Position numbers and translations under genes: made by a program | Source: a virus | Taxonomy: Duplodnaviria > Caudoviricetes | IMG/VR virus record: IMGVR_UViG_2974779332_000001 | Span: 32,001-96,000 of that record | Direction: 5' to 3' (one strand) | DNA: 64,000 bases | Notes under the pieces: model-generated | What the model was told of the DNA's origin: nothing | Databases searched by the model: none | Seen by the model: only the letters and a program-made list of their open reading frames with translations | Part shown: piece by piece, positions 63,806 through 64,000 of the stretch | Numbering within the stretch: the stretch's first letter is position 1 | Layout of the letters: each line of letters opens with the position of its first letter

Positions 63806-64000
63806 ATGATGCAAATCGATATACACTATTCTTTTGGTGAAGGTCCATACATCGTAGGAGGAGAGATTGATGAAATCCCCTTCGAGATGAAGTATCACCA
63901 AGGAACGGCGTATCTCGTGGTTCTGACAGACAATTTCGTCATTAGGACGGCTGCTGGATATGGACCGTATCATGAGGACAAGCTAGACCAGTTGATGGTT
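63806..64000 (+). CDS. hypothetical protein (truncated by window end)
   Basis: Open frame from ATG 63806 to the end of the window. Confidence 0.5.
   Translation, partial: MMQIDIHYSFGEGPYIVGGEIDEIPFEMKYHQGTAYLVVLTDNFVIRTAAGYGPYHEDKLDQLMV

Overview
This window is phage DNA, essentially all coded on the + strand, from a large lytic siphovirus. It is most consistent with Streptomyces phages of SEA-PHAGES clusters BK/BE; that assignment is inferred from gene content and order and was not searched. Positions 1-20.4 kb are the tail module: major tail protein, chaperones, a 2100-aa tape measure protein with lytic transglycosylase and M23 domains, minor tail proteins and a 2005-aa Fn3/CBM tail protein. 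Positions 20.4-39.7 kb hold HNH, phosphoesterase, holin, DnaB, primase, SSB, DnaE, MazG, RecA, Cas4-like, RuvC, SLOG, kinase, terminase and vWA genes. Positions 39.7-64 kb are an RNA-rich accessory region. It has about 33 tRNA genes read by eye, a Ro60/TROVE gene, an RlaP-like nucleotidyltransferase, an FtsK/TraB-like translocase, PhoD and many small SH3/KOW-like proteins. The main unexplained signal is non-coding and has three parts. (i) Three dispersed Y-RNA-like genes share a covarying Ro60-binding stem (GGGUCGAA...GGUUAUCU / UCCG...AUCCA) but carry different cargo domains. (ii) Several re-engineered tRNA mimics occur: D-armless Ile/Arg tRNAs, an Ala-identity tmRNA-TLD-like mini-RNA, and a tRNA body with an enlarged GUCGAA-containing anticodon arm. 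(iii) Nearly every non-coding spacer between tRNAs folds by eye into a multi-helix, often pseudoknotted RNA, including a ~400-nt one, which suggests a tRNA-punctuated ncRNA repertoire. All RNA structures and family assignments are manual and need Infernal/HMM confirmation.
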